Source: Octopus sinensis
Lineage: Eukaryota
Direction of reading: 5' to 3'
DNA: 64,000 bases
Assembly: GCF_006345805.1 (NCBI RefSeq)
Contig: NC_043002.1
Coordinates: forward strand, 2,170,001 to 2,234,000
Numbering within the stretch: position 1 is the first letter of the stretch; each line of letters starts with the position of its first letter. The translations under genes and the position numbers were made by a program. Below are positions 12,540-25,219 of this stretch, piece by piece. The notes under the pieces were generated by a model. It ran no database searches. It saw only the letters and a list, made by a program, of their open reading frames with translations, and had not been told where the DNA came from.

Positions 12540-12900
12540 GCCGATGCCATCAACTTAACTCCGAGCTGACCCGTAGCTTCCTCTGCCTCGATTCATGAAT
12601 AGGGCTGTTCTTGCTATTTCTATATCATAGGAGATGTTCCTGCCGTTTGAGTTGGGGTGGTTGATGCTGGAGATGTCTTGTCTACACTGAGGCGGTCTCC
12701 TTCTTCCCTCCTCTTTATCGTATATATATAAAGAGAGAGACAGAGACAGAGAGAGAGACACAGAGAGAGACAGAGACAGAGAGAGGATTGGTAATGAGTG
12801 TGTACCTGTCCACATAGGTATGGATGGGCATGGTCTCCACGTTCAGCATTCTCTCTGCTTTCTCATGCTCTCCTGTACCCTGCGCTCCGACCCTCAGCTA
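12540..12900 (-). mobile_element. Possible Penelope GIY-YIG endonuclease C-terminal remnant
   Basis: EHEKAERMLNVETMPIHTYV and DIEIARTALFMNRGRGSY resemble PLE EH+KA...SAIAEH and EAIEI...MNRD.G.Y motifs; split by a (GA)n tract. Recognition only. Confidence 0.4.
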
Positions 12901-13181
12901 ATTTGCCAAGCGGAAAAATATCTTGAAGCACTGAAGTCTGTTTTTTATATTCTAATTTTCTACTTGCTAAACGCTGAGGAATTAAATAAATAATATTGTA
13001 TAATGTTCAACAAACAATTTAAATAATCCTAACAGTAAATTTACCGAAATGCTTGTTTGTTTTATAAAGCATAAAATACTATACTTTTTCTGTATTTTAT
13101 TAATTCTATGTGCTTACATATGAGTCCATAAAACATATATAGTTTATATATATTATGTGTGTGTGTGAATGTAAGTATGCA

Positions 13182-13213
<32 letters not shown>

Positions 13214-14157
13214 CGTTTATGTATTATATATCATGTATGTATGCATATGAATTATTTCTTTTTAAAAGTGTCAAAATGTTTAAACTGTCAAGATTAATAC
13301 TTAACAAATGTTAACATATGTTTACGTTTCAAGTTTAGTAAAATATTACTAAAAATATATTTCATATATTTTAAAAAACCTATTTTATAGTAAAAAAAAA
13401 CAGAATAATCTAGATTTGTCTTTCATAAAATAACTCATCGCAAACTCTTTAAATTCATTACGAGAATGTACGAAGAGAATATGGTAATATATTTCGTCAT
13501 CCACTTCCACGTCGCTTGTCTAACAATTTACCGCACCATTATATTTTTGTTATCTTACCATTACTAACCTGAAAATAGATTTGTATGTTTTGTAATAGTA
13601 ACGCTGATGTATTTGATATCAGCTAAGAAATATTGTGTCATACATGTTACCGGGCGACACTTGTAACATGTATAACACAAAGATATGTTTCTTTACTGTT
13701 TTATTATACGAAACTGACAGAAAAGCAAAAACAACTGCAGCCTACATCCTGCGTAAACAAAATCTAAAATAACTAGAATAATAAAATACGATCCGTCAAT
13801 TCCATGTATTCTAGAATCTCTGCTCACAAGCGAAAATCTGAAAACTCATAAAAAAGAGAAACCGAGAACGTTTCCCCAAGAGCCTCGACTGGACTTGTGA
13901 TATGACAGATGTATGCTATGCTTCTACTGACACCGCTCACCGTTATTCAATATCCTGGCATTCAATGACTTTCATGGAACCTTAGCGTTGATCTGCCATC
14001 GAAAACTTTTCCTTGCGCATTTCAAAAGAGATGTACTTATTTACGGTTAAATATGTATAGCGCTGTTTGTGCGTATATTGTTGCATACATACAATTACGC
14101 ACGCATATAGTACAGACATCTGATACATATATACATATGTATCCATACATATATAAA

Positions 14158-14203
<46 letters not shown>

Positions 14204-14711
14204 AACACACATATGCATGCATATAAATGTGTAGATATGTACACATATACACACGTCTATACATGTACAAATATATACGTATATATATCCGCAGATACAT
14301 ATGTAAATGTACGTGTGTGCGTGTAAACGGTTAAGATATCCGTGTAGCAGTGTTTGTTTCTTTCAGCAGCCGAGTTCAACTGCAATAATACTCAAATCCT
14401 TTCGCCATTTCTCTAAGAATGGCTTTATTGTTTAGATTTCCTATTTCACTCTCAGACCTTTAGTTAGTTTAAAAGTCACAAACTCGAAGTATATGTTCAT
14501 GCATTTTACTTTCCATATTCCCACACCAGTCATACGTACACACATACACACACATACATAAACACACACACCAATCATACATAAGAGCAACATGTGATGT
14601 CTGTGGATTGGTACAGACAACCAAAGAAATAAGTCGTTTAGAAATGTGTGTTAAAAACATATTTCCATGTATTTATGGCATCTATAAATAAATATGGTAA
14701 TATTTATATTG

Positions 14712-14764
<53 letters not shown>

Positions 14765-14901
14765 ACGTAAGAGAATAGGGATTTGAATCCGGGCAGGTAC
14801 GTTATTAAAACTTTAATATAATCCAGATCTGGCTAACTACATCAAATAACAGGGAGTATACAGAGTTGCAGAATTGTTTTAGATAAACCGTTATATGGTA
14901 C

Positions 14902-15229
14902 TCAAAGCCTCATCAAGAAGAATGGATAATTATACATATTTGGAATTATTCTCATTGAATTCACATTAGACTCCAATCGGACATATGCTTCTACTGGATA
15001 AGCGTACAAATTTCCTCTAATATAGTACTTATGTGCATTTAATTGTCGTATCAGGGCGCCCTTTTCATTCGTCATCGCTTTAAAGCCGAAATATTTGTCT
15101 GGATGCCAATGATACATGACTTCCTGTCTGTTGTTGATGTTACACTTGATGTAGCATTTAGCAAAGACGCACAGGGACGTGTTAATAGTATCCTTAATGT
15201 TAAGAAGGCTTTTGTTGTCCCACGACCAG
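14902..15229 (-). CDS. Putative terminal coding exon (108 aa) of a host gene; possibly a divergent TNF/C1q-like jelly-roll domain
   Basis: Open frame WSWDNKSLLNIKDTINTSLCVFAKCYIKC...YYIRGNLYAYPVEAYVRLESNVNSMRIIPNMYNYPFFLMRL* starts right after acceptor TTTCTAAAG, with an in-frame TAA just upstream. Non-repetitive; ATTAAA ~90 nt downstream. The family call is pattern-based only. Confidence 0.55.
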
Positions 15230-15529
15230 CTTTAGAAACAGCTAAATTGTCCACCAGCTAAGATCCATCCCCAAGCAAATCAGTGGTATAAAACAACAAC
15301 AACAACTATTTAATCAGTTCCCCACTTCTTCCATCATCATCGATTGCAAAAGCCTGAACTATGCAGACATTCAGATATCTGGGGCGTACAATGGACTCAG
15401 GACCCTCACTCGATGAAGAAAAGGTCTGCGCAAAAGCCAAAGATGAAAAATGAGAAAGGAAAGTATTTACTGGAATGAATTCGACTTGAGAAGTGTGAGC
15501 CGATTTATAAAACTGGAAATTATCTCTCT

Positions 15530-16358
15530 ATATATAAAACTGAGAATGTCTGTCTGTGTGTTTCCCTAAAACTTGAGAACTACACAACCAATTTCATTCA
15601 AATTTTACACATGCCTTAATTAAGGTTCGGGGAGTGTCGTCGGCAAAACAAATTTTAACTATTCCCTAGGGCGACCCCACAGCAATATCATATCTTCTCC
15701 ACTATTTCAGTATTACGTGTTAAAAGTGAAACAAAAACATCTCTCTATTGTAATGTCAGATACTTTCACTTTAATACTGAAACTATTAAAGTGAAAGTAT
15801 TATATAACAGGGATGAACCATTAACAGTGGTCATCCATTTTGCTAGAAGATCTGCTAAGGTCTTATATGCTACACCACTGGTTTTCAATTCATATTAATC
15901 AAATTAATATTCAATTTTTCACCCTTCTTATGTGTGTGTGTGTGTGTATTAGCATTTCGTATAAAATTGCATCAATGACTTGAACTTGAATAAGTGCTTT
16001 CACATAAATGAGGATAAATTAAAAAGGTTTGTTGTTATTATTATTACTGTTTGACTATTGTAATCGCATTTGCTGGTTCCTCGTCAGGGAAACGTTGTTG
16101 TGTTGCATTTGTTAAATAATTGTAAACCGTAACCCCCCCCCCTTTTGGAGAAAGGTTATTGTTTAAAAATTGAATTGTGTCCCTGTTTGGGGAAATTGAC
16201 AATATTTTCACCGTCTTTACGGAAACCTTTTTGTTAAAATACTTTCGATAGAAGAAAGTCCAAACATGAATTTCGCTGCAGCCGTACACTTCTATACAAG
16301 AGGGAGGACAAGATCCAATTGATCGAAATTGCAAGAGACGGGCCTACAATTCCAGTCT
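15530..16358 (-). mobile_element. Helitron-type fragment: PIF1-like helicase remnant plus terminal module
   Basis: ORF 16044-16334 KILSISPNRDTIQFLNNNL resembles Helitron helicase RAILxPxNxxVxxxN. The end at 15530 has the TCTATATATAAAAC..GTCTGTCTGT module typical of non-autonomous Helitron/Helentron elements. Confidence 0.55.
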
Positions 16359-16359
16359 G

Positions 16360-17490
16360 TTATATATTTTGAGTATTGTTATCACTAGCGATATCAAGAT
16401 ATAACTTGGACTCCACCTGTACTTGCTTGCAATGATTCATTCCTGAGAGTATGAGACCTTCGGGCCATTTGACGTTGGAGAAGTTGAAATCACCCATAAG
16501 AAATATGGTCACGTGGTGTTCCAGATTCATGAGGATTTCTTTAATTCTTGTGAGGCAATCTTCAAACTTGCCTATGTGATTTGGAGCATCTGCTGGGCAA
16601 TATGTATTGCATATGACTATATTATGTTGTCTTATGTATACAATTAAAGTGTCACATACCGAATTGGAGTATGTCATTAAGACCTGGAGTGTAAGGTCAT
16701 CTCGGATGTATACAGCAACTCCACCATGGCTCCTTTCCCTTCTGTCTGTTCGCAGTATGGCATAGTCTGGTATGTGTCCTTCTGCGTCCTCTATATCAGG
16801 GCTGAGGTGAGTTTCCACGAGTGCTATGCATAGGGCTTGATTGCATGCGGTAAGATCACACAGGAAAGAAATGTTGTTTCTATTTTGATGCAACAGGCCC
16901 CCAATATTTAGTAAAAGTATTGGGGTGACGGCTGTACAGGCGTTAGGGGGGGGCATCCCGTGTCTGTTGACTGTGGTGGTCTTGCATAGTGTTGGGCAGG
17001 GTTTCTTCTCTGTGCTTGGTTTAGCCAGGATAGTTGCCGGACAATTATTTGCGTCATGCATAAAAAGACTCTTGCTCAGCTGCTGCGTTGCGCAGAACAT
17101 CTGAGGAGCACGCTTCTTTTCTGAAAGTTTTCCTGGGAGACATCTTTTGTCTACCCTCAGTAATGCTCTTCTCTTTGAGTCCCCTGAAGTTCTGGCGGGG
17201 TGTCGGCGGGCGAACCGGCAGTTTTTGCCGTCCTCACCATGCCGAAATTTGCCCCACAAGTAGAATTTACAGGTTCATCGGTGCCTTCCAAATTTCTTCT
17301 TTCCTGAAGTGTAGTGGGTGGCATTGGATCCTCCATGGGGTTCTCTGCTGTTTGTGTGGTGGGTCGGGGTTTCAGCTTTGGTTGTTTTGCCTTTTCTTCC
17401 CTTTCCCTCCTTATTTATGTTTTCGGTCCTTCCTTTTTTCTTCTGTTTTTCTAATTTCTCATTTCTTTGTAGAACCACTGGTACAGGGGG
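16360..17490 (-). mobile_element. CR1-group LINE 5' portion (ORF1 remnant plus APE endonuclease)
   Basis: ORF 16360-17259: LLNIGGL, IALVETHL, RTDR..HGGVAVYI, MGDFNF. Upstream Cys/His remnant RHGEDGKNCRFA. Confidence 0.88.
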
Positions 17491-17594
17491 GCTTCCGGTT
17501 TCTATATATATATATCCATATATATATATATCCGGATAGATACATACAATACAATACAATACAATATATATCCATATATATATATATATATATA

Positions 17595-18320
17595 TTATAT
17601 TGAGGGTACTACTATTCGTAGATACCAACACGCTAAGAGGGACCAATGCGTTCAAAACTACTAAAAATTAACAAAATTTTACCGAATGCAAAACTTCAAA
17701 ACACATCATTTTAAAAAAGAATTCAGTTACATATCACATGTGATTTCGCATTTAATGCAGAATATACATTTCATGTTCATCAGTGCAAAAAACTCAAGAA
17801 ATATAAGAAAAAACATAACATTACAAACTCGATAGCCAACCGTAGAATTCGTCGTAGCTTGTACGAATGTTTATCTTTACATATCTATGAAAATGGCGGG
17901 CTTATTCGCAATGCATTTCGGTAACAAATTGCCTAGTCGGAATAAAAATTCAGTATTGAACTATTCCGGTGAAAAATATAAATTAACAATTGAGGATAAA
18001 ATCTTTAAAAGAAATTATCAGTAGTCAGCGTGAAAAACCTCGTAAGAGAAAAAATCCGTAAATTCTTCCTCTTTGAAAATATTCATTTATATTATATTGA
18101 GGGTACTACTAATCCATTTTTGCATTCGGTAAAATTTTGTTTTTTTTAGTAGATTTGACCGCATTGGTCCCTCTTAGCGTGTTGGTATCTACGAATAGTA
18201 GAACTCTCAATATAATATAAATGAATATTTTCAAAGAGGAAGAATTTACGGATTTTTTCTCTTACGAGGTTTTTCACGCTGACTACTGATAATTTCTTTT
18301 AAAGATTTTATCCTCAATTG

Positions 18321-18324
<4 letters not shown>
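17595..18324 (-). mobile_element. Retrozyme / PLE pseudo-LTR: 497 bp monomer plus partial second unit and inverted arm
   Basis: TTATATTGAGGGTACTACTA at 17595 and 18092. 18117-18324 is the reverse complement of 17982-18095 joined to 17596-17693. (TA)n on both sides. Confidence 0.85.
17727..17788 (-). ncRNA. Type I hammerhead ribozyme, canonical core
   Basis: UUGCA-CUGAUGA-(imperfect stem II)-GAAA-UCACAUGUGAUA|UGUAA; 12 nt palindrome AUCACAUGUGAU; AUA site. Confidence 0.8.
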
Positions 18325-18413
<89 letters not shown>

Positions 18414-18429
18414 ATATATATAGATATCC

Positions 18430-18514
<85 letters not shown>

Positions 18515-18948
18515 CATCTGGAAGATCCTGGAGGGAAGTGTCCTGAACTTTGGCATCGAGAGCTACGCAAATGCCAGAACTGGGTGCCACTGCGTGGTGC
18601 CTAGGACTCCAAACTTGCCATCAAGATGTAGGACAAGATTCTGTGATAGCCTGGGCTTCCGAGGCCCACAGCTCTTCAATATCCTCCCGAAGAACCTGAG
18701 AGACCTGCATGGGGTGGATACAGATGTCTTTAAAATGAAGCTGGATCTCTTCCTGTCAGGTGTCCCAGATGAACCAACTTCACGGCAGGAGGGGCAGATG
18801 AGGGCAGCTGCATTGAACTCTCTCATGCACCAAATAGCAGTTGCTAGAAAGCCTTCATGAAGTGAAACCAAGTAGCAACACCAAATGGCGGTGCCCCAGC
18901 ATGGCCACAGCTCATAAGCTGAAACTAGAATCAATCAATCAATCAATC
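18515..18948 (+). mobile_element. CR1-group LINE 3' end with (ATCA)n tail
   Basis: KILEG...SLGFRGPQLFNILPKNLRDL..VFKMKLDLFLSGVPDEP, then a 3' UTR and an ATCA repeat tail. Confidence 0.85.
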
Positions 18949-18981
18949 ATATATATATATATATATATATATAGATATCTA

Positions 18982-19078
<97 letters not shown>

Positions 19079-19080
19079 TA

Positions 19081-19393
19081 ATTAATCAATATAGGGTAGC
19101 AAAATATTCAATAGAAATTTTTCCGCCACCAGCGGTCTAGTGAGAAAGAGAAAATAGTCAGAGACTATATATATAAATTCAACAACAATTGAGGAACGGC
19201 CTTAATAGGCCATTCGACCCACTAGAAAGAGCAGCCAGGACTGAAACCGCCAAGTAGTAGTAATTCAGAAATTAAAGGAAAATTAAAAAACATTTACCCT
19301 ATTCATCTTTAGACAATGCATTGTTTGGACGTTTTTAATCGCCCGTGGCGAAAAAATTTCTATTGAATTTTTTGCTACCCTATATTGATTAAT
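19081..19393. mobile_element. MITE-like element with ~49 bp terminal inverted repeats
   Basis: 19081-19129 is the near reverse complement of 19345-19393. A related end lies at 63104-63195; both left ends abut (TA)n. Confidence 0.6.
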
Positions 19394-19621
19394 TAATGAT
19401 TTTCTGACTAATTCTGAACTTGAATCAGCAGTTTATATTTGCTGCTGATAAGTTGGCGCGATTACGGTGGTTTTGAAAATTTTAGTCATTTCTTTTATGA
19501 GCCAAAACTAGGTCAAAAGTACTGAATGGCTCTTTATGAAATTTGGAAATTATATTCTAAACATAAGGGCCATAACCCCCATAACAATTCATATATTTTT
19601 GCTGTTCATGAAATTTTAACC

Positions 19622-20290
19622 CTAGATATTAGACACAAATGAAGTAATATTTATAAAATTTAATCTTCTTACAAAGTTAGAAAGACCCCTCCATGGGGAC
19701 TTAACACCCACAATTTTGTCATTTAATCTAAGCAAAATCGAATACAGTTGTGCTCTTGTCAGCTGTAGGGTTACCCGAGCATAAAAGTTGGGCATTATTT
19801 CTAATTCAATGGTACAACAGTGTAACAGTTTGGTTTGACATACACTTACATTGTGATTTCTGCAATGTGGTGCATGAATTGCTAAGTAAATGAGAGGCAT
19901 CTTTGTCTCCACTGATTCAGTTGCAAAGTGTTGAGTAAAGTTATTTGATTGCAGCCCTCCTTTCAGTCTTTTTATTATCACTCGGTCACACATAGTCCCC
20001 ATATGGAAACATTGATTACAAGGCCTTCCCAGATGAGTGACTGGTTATTCAAAGACATTTATAGATTTTAAATTCATTCTGTCCAGTTATGTATCAGTAT
20101 AGTGGTCATTTGCAAGCTCCAGAGGTGACACTTTAATTTCTCCTAAGCCCTCACCCCACACAGTTGTTAATGTTGATTTCAGTTGGGTCACGCCCTTCCA
20201 ATTGCTATAGATTCGTAATGCATCTTACGGCTGTGCCTGTCACCTGGATGGTGAGGAATCCTGCATTGGGAGTGGTAACGTCTAGGGTAG
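19622..20290 (-). pseudogene. Unassigned degenerate coding-like segment
   Basis: ~190 codon frame with two stops (NWKGVTQLK...PCNQCFHMG...IYLAIHAPHCRNH...VKSPWRG); composition differs from the flanks. No family recognised. Confidence 0.3.
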
Positions 20291-20759
20291 GGTAACTGAC
20301 TGCTTATTGTGATTATTCGTCTTTTGCTCTCCATGTGGCACGATTACAATTTTTTAGGGTGTGTAAAGAGGGAAATAACCCTCATCTGCAATTTTGATGA
20401 AATTCGAAACATAGATATTCCAGTTCATTCAGAAAATATAACAGAAAAGTCTAATTCTTCAATTGAATGTAACCGGTCAACGCTGGGTATCTCTGCTAGT
20501 ATATATATATATATATATTTATATGTATGTGTGTATGTGTGCATGTATGTATGTATGTATATTATTTATATATGCATATATATATATATGTATGTATATA
20601 TGTATATATATATTGTTGAACTTTGATTTTTTTTGGTTGTAAAAATATTGATTTCTATATTGTTATTTATTAATTATAAGTTACGATACGTATATTTACT
20701 TACTTATTATTATTATTGCTGTTGTTGTTGTTGTTGTTGTTGTTGTTGCTGTTGTTGTT

Positions 20760-21800
20760 ACTATCTTGTAATACCTTAACGTATTACATATAATTTACTT
20801 TGGGGAATAGTTTTGTAGGACAAAATCTTATCGAATTGTTATATAATATTACATTTAAGTAAATATTATTAATAACAATAGAAACTTTGGTTAATACTAT
20901 AAATGAGTGAAATATTAAATCTATACATAAATTGAATTAATTATATAACAATTTTAACAAATTTGTGTGTATATATTTGAACCATTTTTCTACTTCTAAT
21001 TCTTGTAGTTATAGTTTGTAGTAGTATTATGTATACAAGTTAGCATGAAGTTGTTTTGTATATATTACGTAATTAGAATAAGATTCAAATTAGATGTTTA
21101 TTAAATAAATACATAAATAAAATAATTTAATGGAAATAGATTAAATTATAGAATTTTAGCTTCACTAATGTGTATTATGTATTTTAAATATTTTGTTATA
21201 CATATTTTGTTTTAATTACTTGTACTTTAACTTTCCAGTAATGATATACTATAGTTTGTTATTCTTTTCTATAAGCTAAAATGTATTTTCATAGATAAAA
21301 TACATATTTCTATCTATTTATTATATTTTTATTTACACCAGGTCTTAAACGAGATAAATTTCTTATAAATACTAAGTCCTAATTATTAAGTATAAAGATT
21401 TAGTTAATAGAATATATTCAATAAGATAAGTCATGTTTTTATTTTAAGATATATTGTTGTATTTTGTTCGATTTTTTATTGTAAAATTACGTATTTTTCT
21501 ATATATCTGTCTTTTCTTATTAGATTAATATACGTACATTTATTTGATTATTTTATTGTTTTTATCTTAGACCTGATGAGTGTCTATATTTAAATTGAAT
21601 TGATTTTATTGTTATCAATTTGAAAATATAACCACGAAACACGTGTAGTGTATTTACTAATTATATACTATTATTTATTATTTAGTACTTTATTTAGTTT
21701 TAGTTAAATGTTTCAGCGTATCTTTAATTTTTTTCTATATGGTATGATTTAAGTATATCATTGTTGAATTACTTCATGGTGGTTCTTCTCTAATTTATAT
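20760..21800 (+). mobile_element. AT-rich PLE 3' region / pseudo-LTR
   Basis: Contains a hammerhead at 21567-21655 followed by an ATG and a GT donor-like site; boundaries approximate. Confidence 0.5.
21567..21655 (+). ncRNA. Type I hammerhead motif with long loop II
   Basis: CUGAUGA (21573)-GUG...CAC-GAAA-CACGUGUA|GUG; palindrome ACACGUGU; stem I imperfect. Confidence 0.65.
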
Positions 21801-21815
21801 ACATGCATGTATATA

Positions 21816-21879
<64 letters not shown>

Positions 21880-22087
21880 TGTGTGTGTGTACGCATGTAT
21901 ATATATATATATATCTTATATAATTAATAGCAACTTATTTAACCTCATTTAAAGGTGGATATTGTGTTAGAACACAAAATACTACGATGGTTGCCATGGG
22001 AATATCTCTAGTATGAACTTGTGGTGCATACAATCACTCGTATTTATATCACTAGCGGGAGATAATCCTCTTCTATCACCCCCGGGC

Positions 22088-22132
22088 TGACAGATCACGT
22101 CATTTCGGTCTTCCTTCGCCTCGTTAATGGCA
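22088..22132 (-). ncRNA. Hammerhead-like fold with UUAACGA core (solo copy)
   Basis: UGCCA-UUAACGA-GG(CGAAGGAAGA)CC-GAAA-UGACGUGAUC|UGUCA; near-palindromic stem III; one mismatch in stem I. Confidence 0.5.
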
Positions 22133-22352
22133 CACAACCGAGGCTAGACATAGCAGTGAATCCTCTGTCAGCGAAATACATAGAATTTCAGTGTCTATTC
22201 TGGCAGTATTAATACTAAACCATAACACTAAAAGCAGTAGTATTATCAAACGATACTATTTATCCCCACTTCAAAATGAATGTTGCGTTAGAACACAGAA
22301 TACTGCTTTATTGCCAATATTAATATTTGTTTTTAGTGTTCAGTTTTGTGTG

Positions 22353-22640
22353 AAGGCGCTTGGCTCAGTGGCTAGAGCGTCGGACTAACAATCATGCGGT
22401 AGCGATTTCGATTCCGGTGCCGGGCAATGTGCAGTTTTTCACGTTGTTCCAGTTCCCACAGCTGTAGAAATCAGTTGCAATGTGACAGGTTCCAAGCTGT
22501 ATCGGCCTTTGCTTTTCCTTTGGATAACATCGGTAGAGTGTAGAGAGAAGGCTAGTGTGCTTGGAATACTGCTGGTCTTCCGGACTTGTGCCTCGAAGGG
22601 TAACTTTCTAACTGCAATCCCATAGCCATTCTTCACCTTT
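22353..22640 (+). mobile_element. tRNA-derived SINE (second family)
   Basis: A box TGGCTCAGTGG and B box-like GATTTCGATTCC, followed by a non-tRNA body. Confidence 0.65.
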
Positions 22641-23160
22641 ACTGCTTTATGCTCAGTTATAATAAAAATAATTTTACATTAATCTAAAGGGTTACTCCAT
22701 ATTTTGCAGGCTATTCATTATTCTTTATGCATTTCTGTATATATTGTGAACGTCAACTCGTGACCGAGTAAGACCACTTGCTAAGCTCAATAAATCTGTG
22801 CAACTGTTCTGAGAACCCAAGCAGTTTCTATGCATAAATGACGTGGTGCACAGCACTGACACCGCTTTTCTGCGCAAACAAAAGTGGCACAACAGAGGGG
22901 CAGACAACCAGAAACCAACTGCACTTCATAAATATTTTTTTTATACGTGTTTCACATTCAGAATGGAGTTCTAACGAGAACTTGGAGTTCTTCACTTCCA
23001 GTGGTTTAGAGATAGTTAACCCATAACTGGAACCCTAACAAGTGCTGCTACTCCGATCCACTACTGGATGCAGTTTAAAGTCATACGCAAGATCATGTGT
23101 GTGTGCGTGTATGCATGTGTGTGTATGTGTGTGTGTGTGTTTGTGTATAAATATATATAT

Positions 23161-23570
23161 AGGCGCAGGAGTGGCTGTGTGGTAGGTAGCATGCTTACAT
23201 ACTACATAGTTCCGGGGTCAGTCCCACTCCGTGGCACCTTGGGGAAGTGTCTTCTATTATAGCCGCGGGACGACCAAATCTTTGTGGGTGGATTTGGTAG
23301 ACGGAAACTGAAAGAAGCCCGTCGTATATATATATGAGTGTGTGTGTGTGTGTCTTTATGTATGTGTTTGTGTTTGTCCCCCACTATAGCTTGTCAACCA
23401 ATGTTGATGTGTTTACGTCCCCATAATTTAGCGGTTCGGCAAAAGAGGCCGATAGAATAAGTACTAGGTTTACAACGAATAAGTCCTGGAGTCGATTTAA
23501 TCGACTACAGGTAGTGCTCCTGCATGGCCACAGTCAAATGACTGAAACAAATAAAAGAAAAAGAAAAAAA
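23161..23570 (+). mobile_element. Octopus-type tRNA-derived SINE, near full length
   Basis: Head AGGCGCAGGAGTGGCTGTGTGG, GGTCAGTCCC B box-like motif, internal TA/TG repeat, tail CAGTCAAATGACTGAAACAA. Confidence 0.9.
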
Positions 23571-23634
23571 GAATATATATATATCCGTGTGTGTATGTTT
23601 GCATTTACGTACATATATAATGTGTATATATACA

Positions 23635-23680
<46 letters not shown>

Positions 23681-23737
23681 ACTGTTGGTAAATGTGTATA
23701 TGTATATATGTATCGGGTATCGATGTGCGTTTATTTA

Positions 23738-23775
<38 letters not shown>

Positions 23776-24360
23776 GGGGAGTGTCAGGATATGTGAGTGC
23801 TCCTATGTGCGAGTATGACTGAGTGTGTGTGAGTGTGTGAATGTGTATTCAGAATGTGTATGTGCACACGTGTGTGTATTAGTGTGTGTATCTTTCTTAG
23901 TGTATACGTATGTGAATGTGTGTGTGTCTGCGTGTTTGCGTGCGTGTGTGAGTCTGTGCATATGTTTGAAAATCAAAAGTAATTTCGAATTTTGTGTCAC
24001 CGATAAAAGATCGATGAAGCACAGAAAAATCACGACAAAAAAAAAGAAGAGCCCTAAAAGCGTAGCTTCTATTGATATCGACATCGGGAATCTAAAAGAG
24101 TAATCGAATGTTCGCAGCACGGTGGCCAGAACTCTTTTAATACTGAATTCCAATGACGAGAAGATGGTTCCAAGCTCTTCTAGAGAAATAGAAATGCACA
24201 AATGAATTTATATATAAATGTATTCCTCTCTTTGAAAATCACGAGGGAGAGTTGTCACACGGCTTCACTTCCTCATTAGATCATATCATGATTAATATTG
24301 CTGTTGTTGTCCTTGCTGCCGTTGTTATGCTGCTGTTGCTGCTGTTGCTGCTGTTGCTGC

Positions 24361-24460
<100 letters not shown>

Positions 24461-25127
24461 GCTTCTTTTTTCTTCTTTCAAATTTGCTTCCATTTCTTGC
24501 CGAGTGTCTTCCCGACTCCTAGGGCAAAGAAACTCATAGTATACATTGGTAGGCCATTAAACCAAACTTAGTAGTTCGTTCATTTTTTTTTTTTTTAAGT
24601 TAAACTAAAATACATGAGCAGTAACAGTTCTCACATCGACAATGCTCTTCTCAATACGTGTGATGTACCAGTTAAGACAATCTTTTGCACTTCTTGCAGG
24701 GATGGTAAGCCAGGGATCATTCTCATATAATTTTCGGTTCCCTTCTTGATCATTCCTAGTGCTCCCACGATCACTGGTATTGTAACCGCCTTGAGATGCC
24801 ACATTTTCTCAATTTCAATGAGTAGGTCTTTATATTTTCTGAGCTTGTCAAGCTCTTTCGCTGAGATATTATGATCACAGGGGATGCTCATGTCGATCAA
24901 TAAGCAAACTTTATTGTTTTGGTCTTTCACAACAATATCTGGTTTATTGGCCTTGATGGTTCGGTCTGTATGTACTGGAAAGTCCCACAGAATGGTTACA
25001 TTTTCTCCTTCAGTTACAGCCTCAGGGTGGTGATTATACCACTTGTCGGCAGTTTTGATATTGTAATGCCGACTTATTAGCCATTGGAGATATTGGCCAA
25101 CTCTGTCATGTCTTAATTTATACTCCA
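24461..25127 (-). mobile_element. R4/Dong RLE LINE, family 1, 5'-truncated
   Basis: YKLRHDRV..KPDIVVKD..LIDMSIP..YKDL (RHD and PD..D motifs). (AAT)n at both ends; about ten substitutions by eye versus the 29.9 kb copy. Confidence 0.93.
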
Positions 25128-25149
25128 ATTATTATTATTATTATTATTA

Positions 25150-25219
<70 letters not shown>

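Noticed and set aside
13634-13679. Short imperfect hairpin (TACATGTTAC/GTAACATGTA)
   Set aside because: Too short for a confident miRNA or MITE call; single copy.
22725-22925. Minus-strand MKCSWFLVVC... signal-peptide-like start
   Set aside because: Stops after 33 codons, no splice donor, and alternative frames also close.
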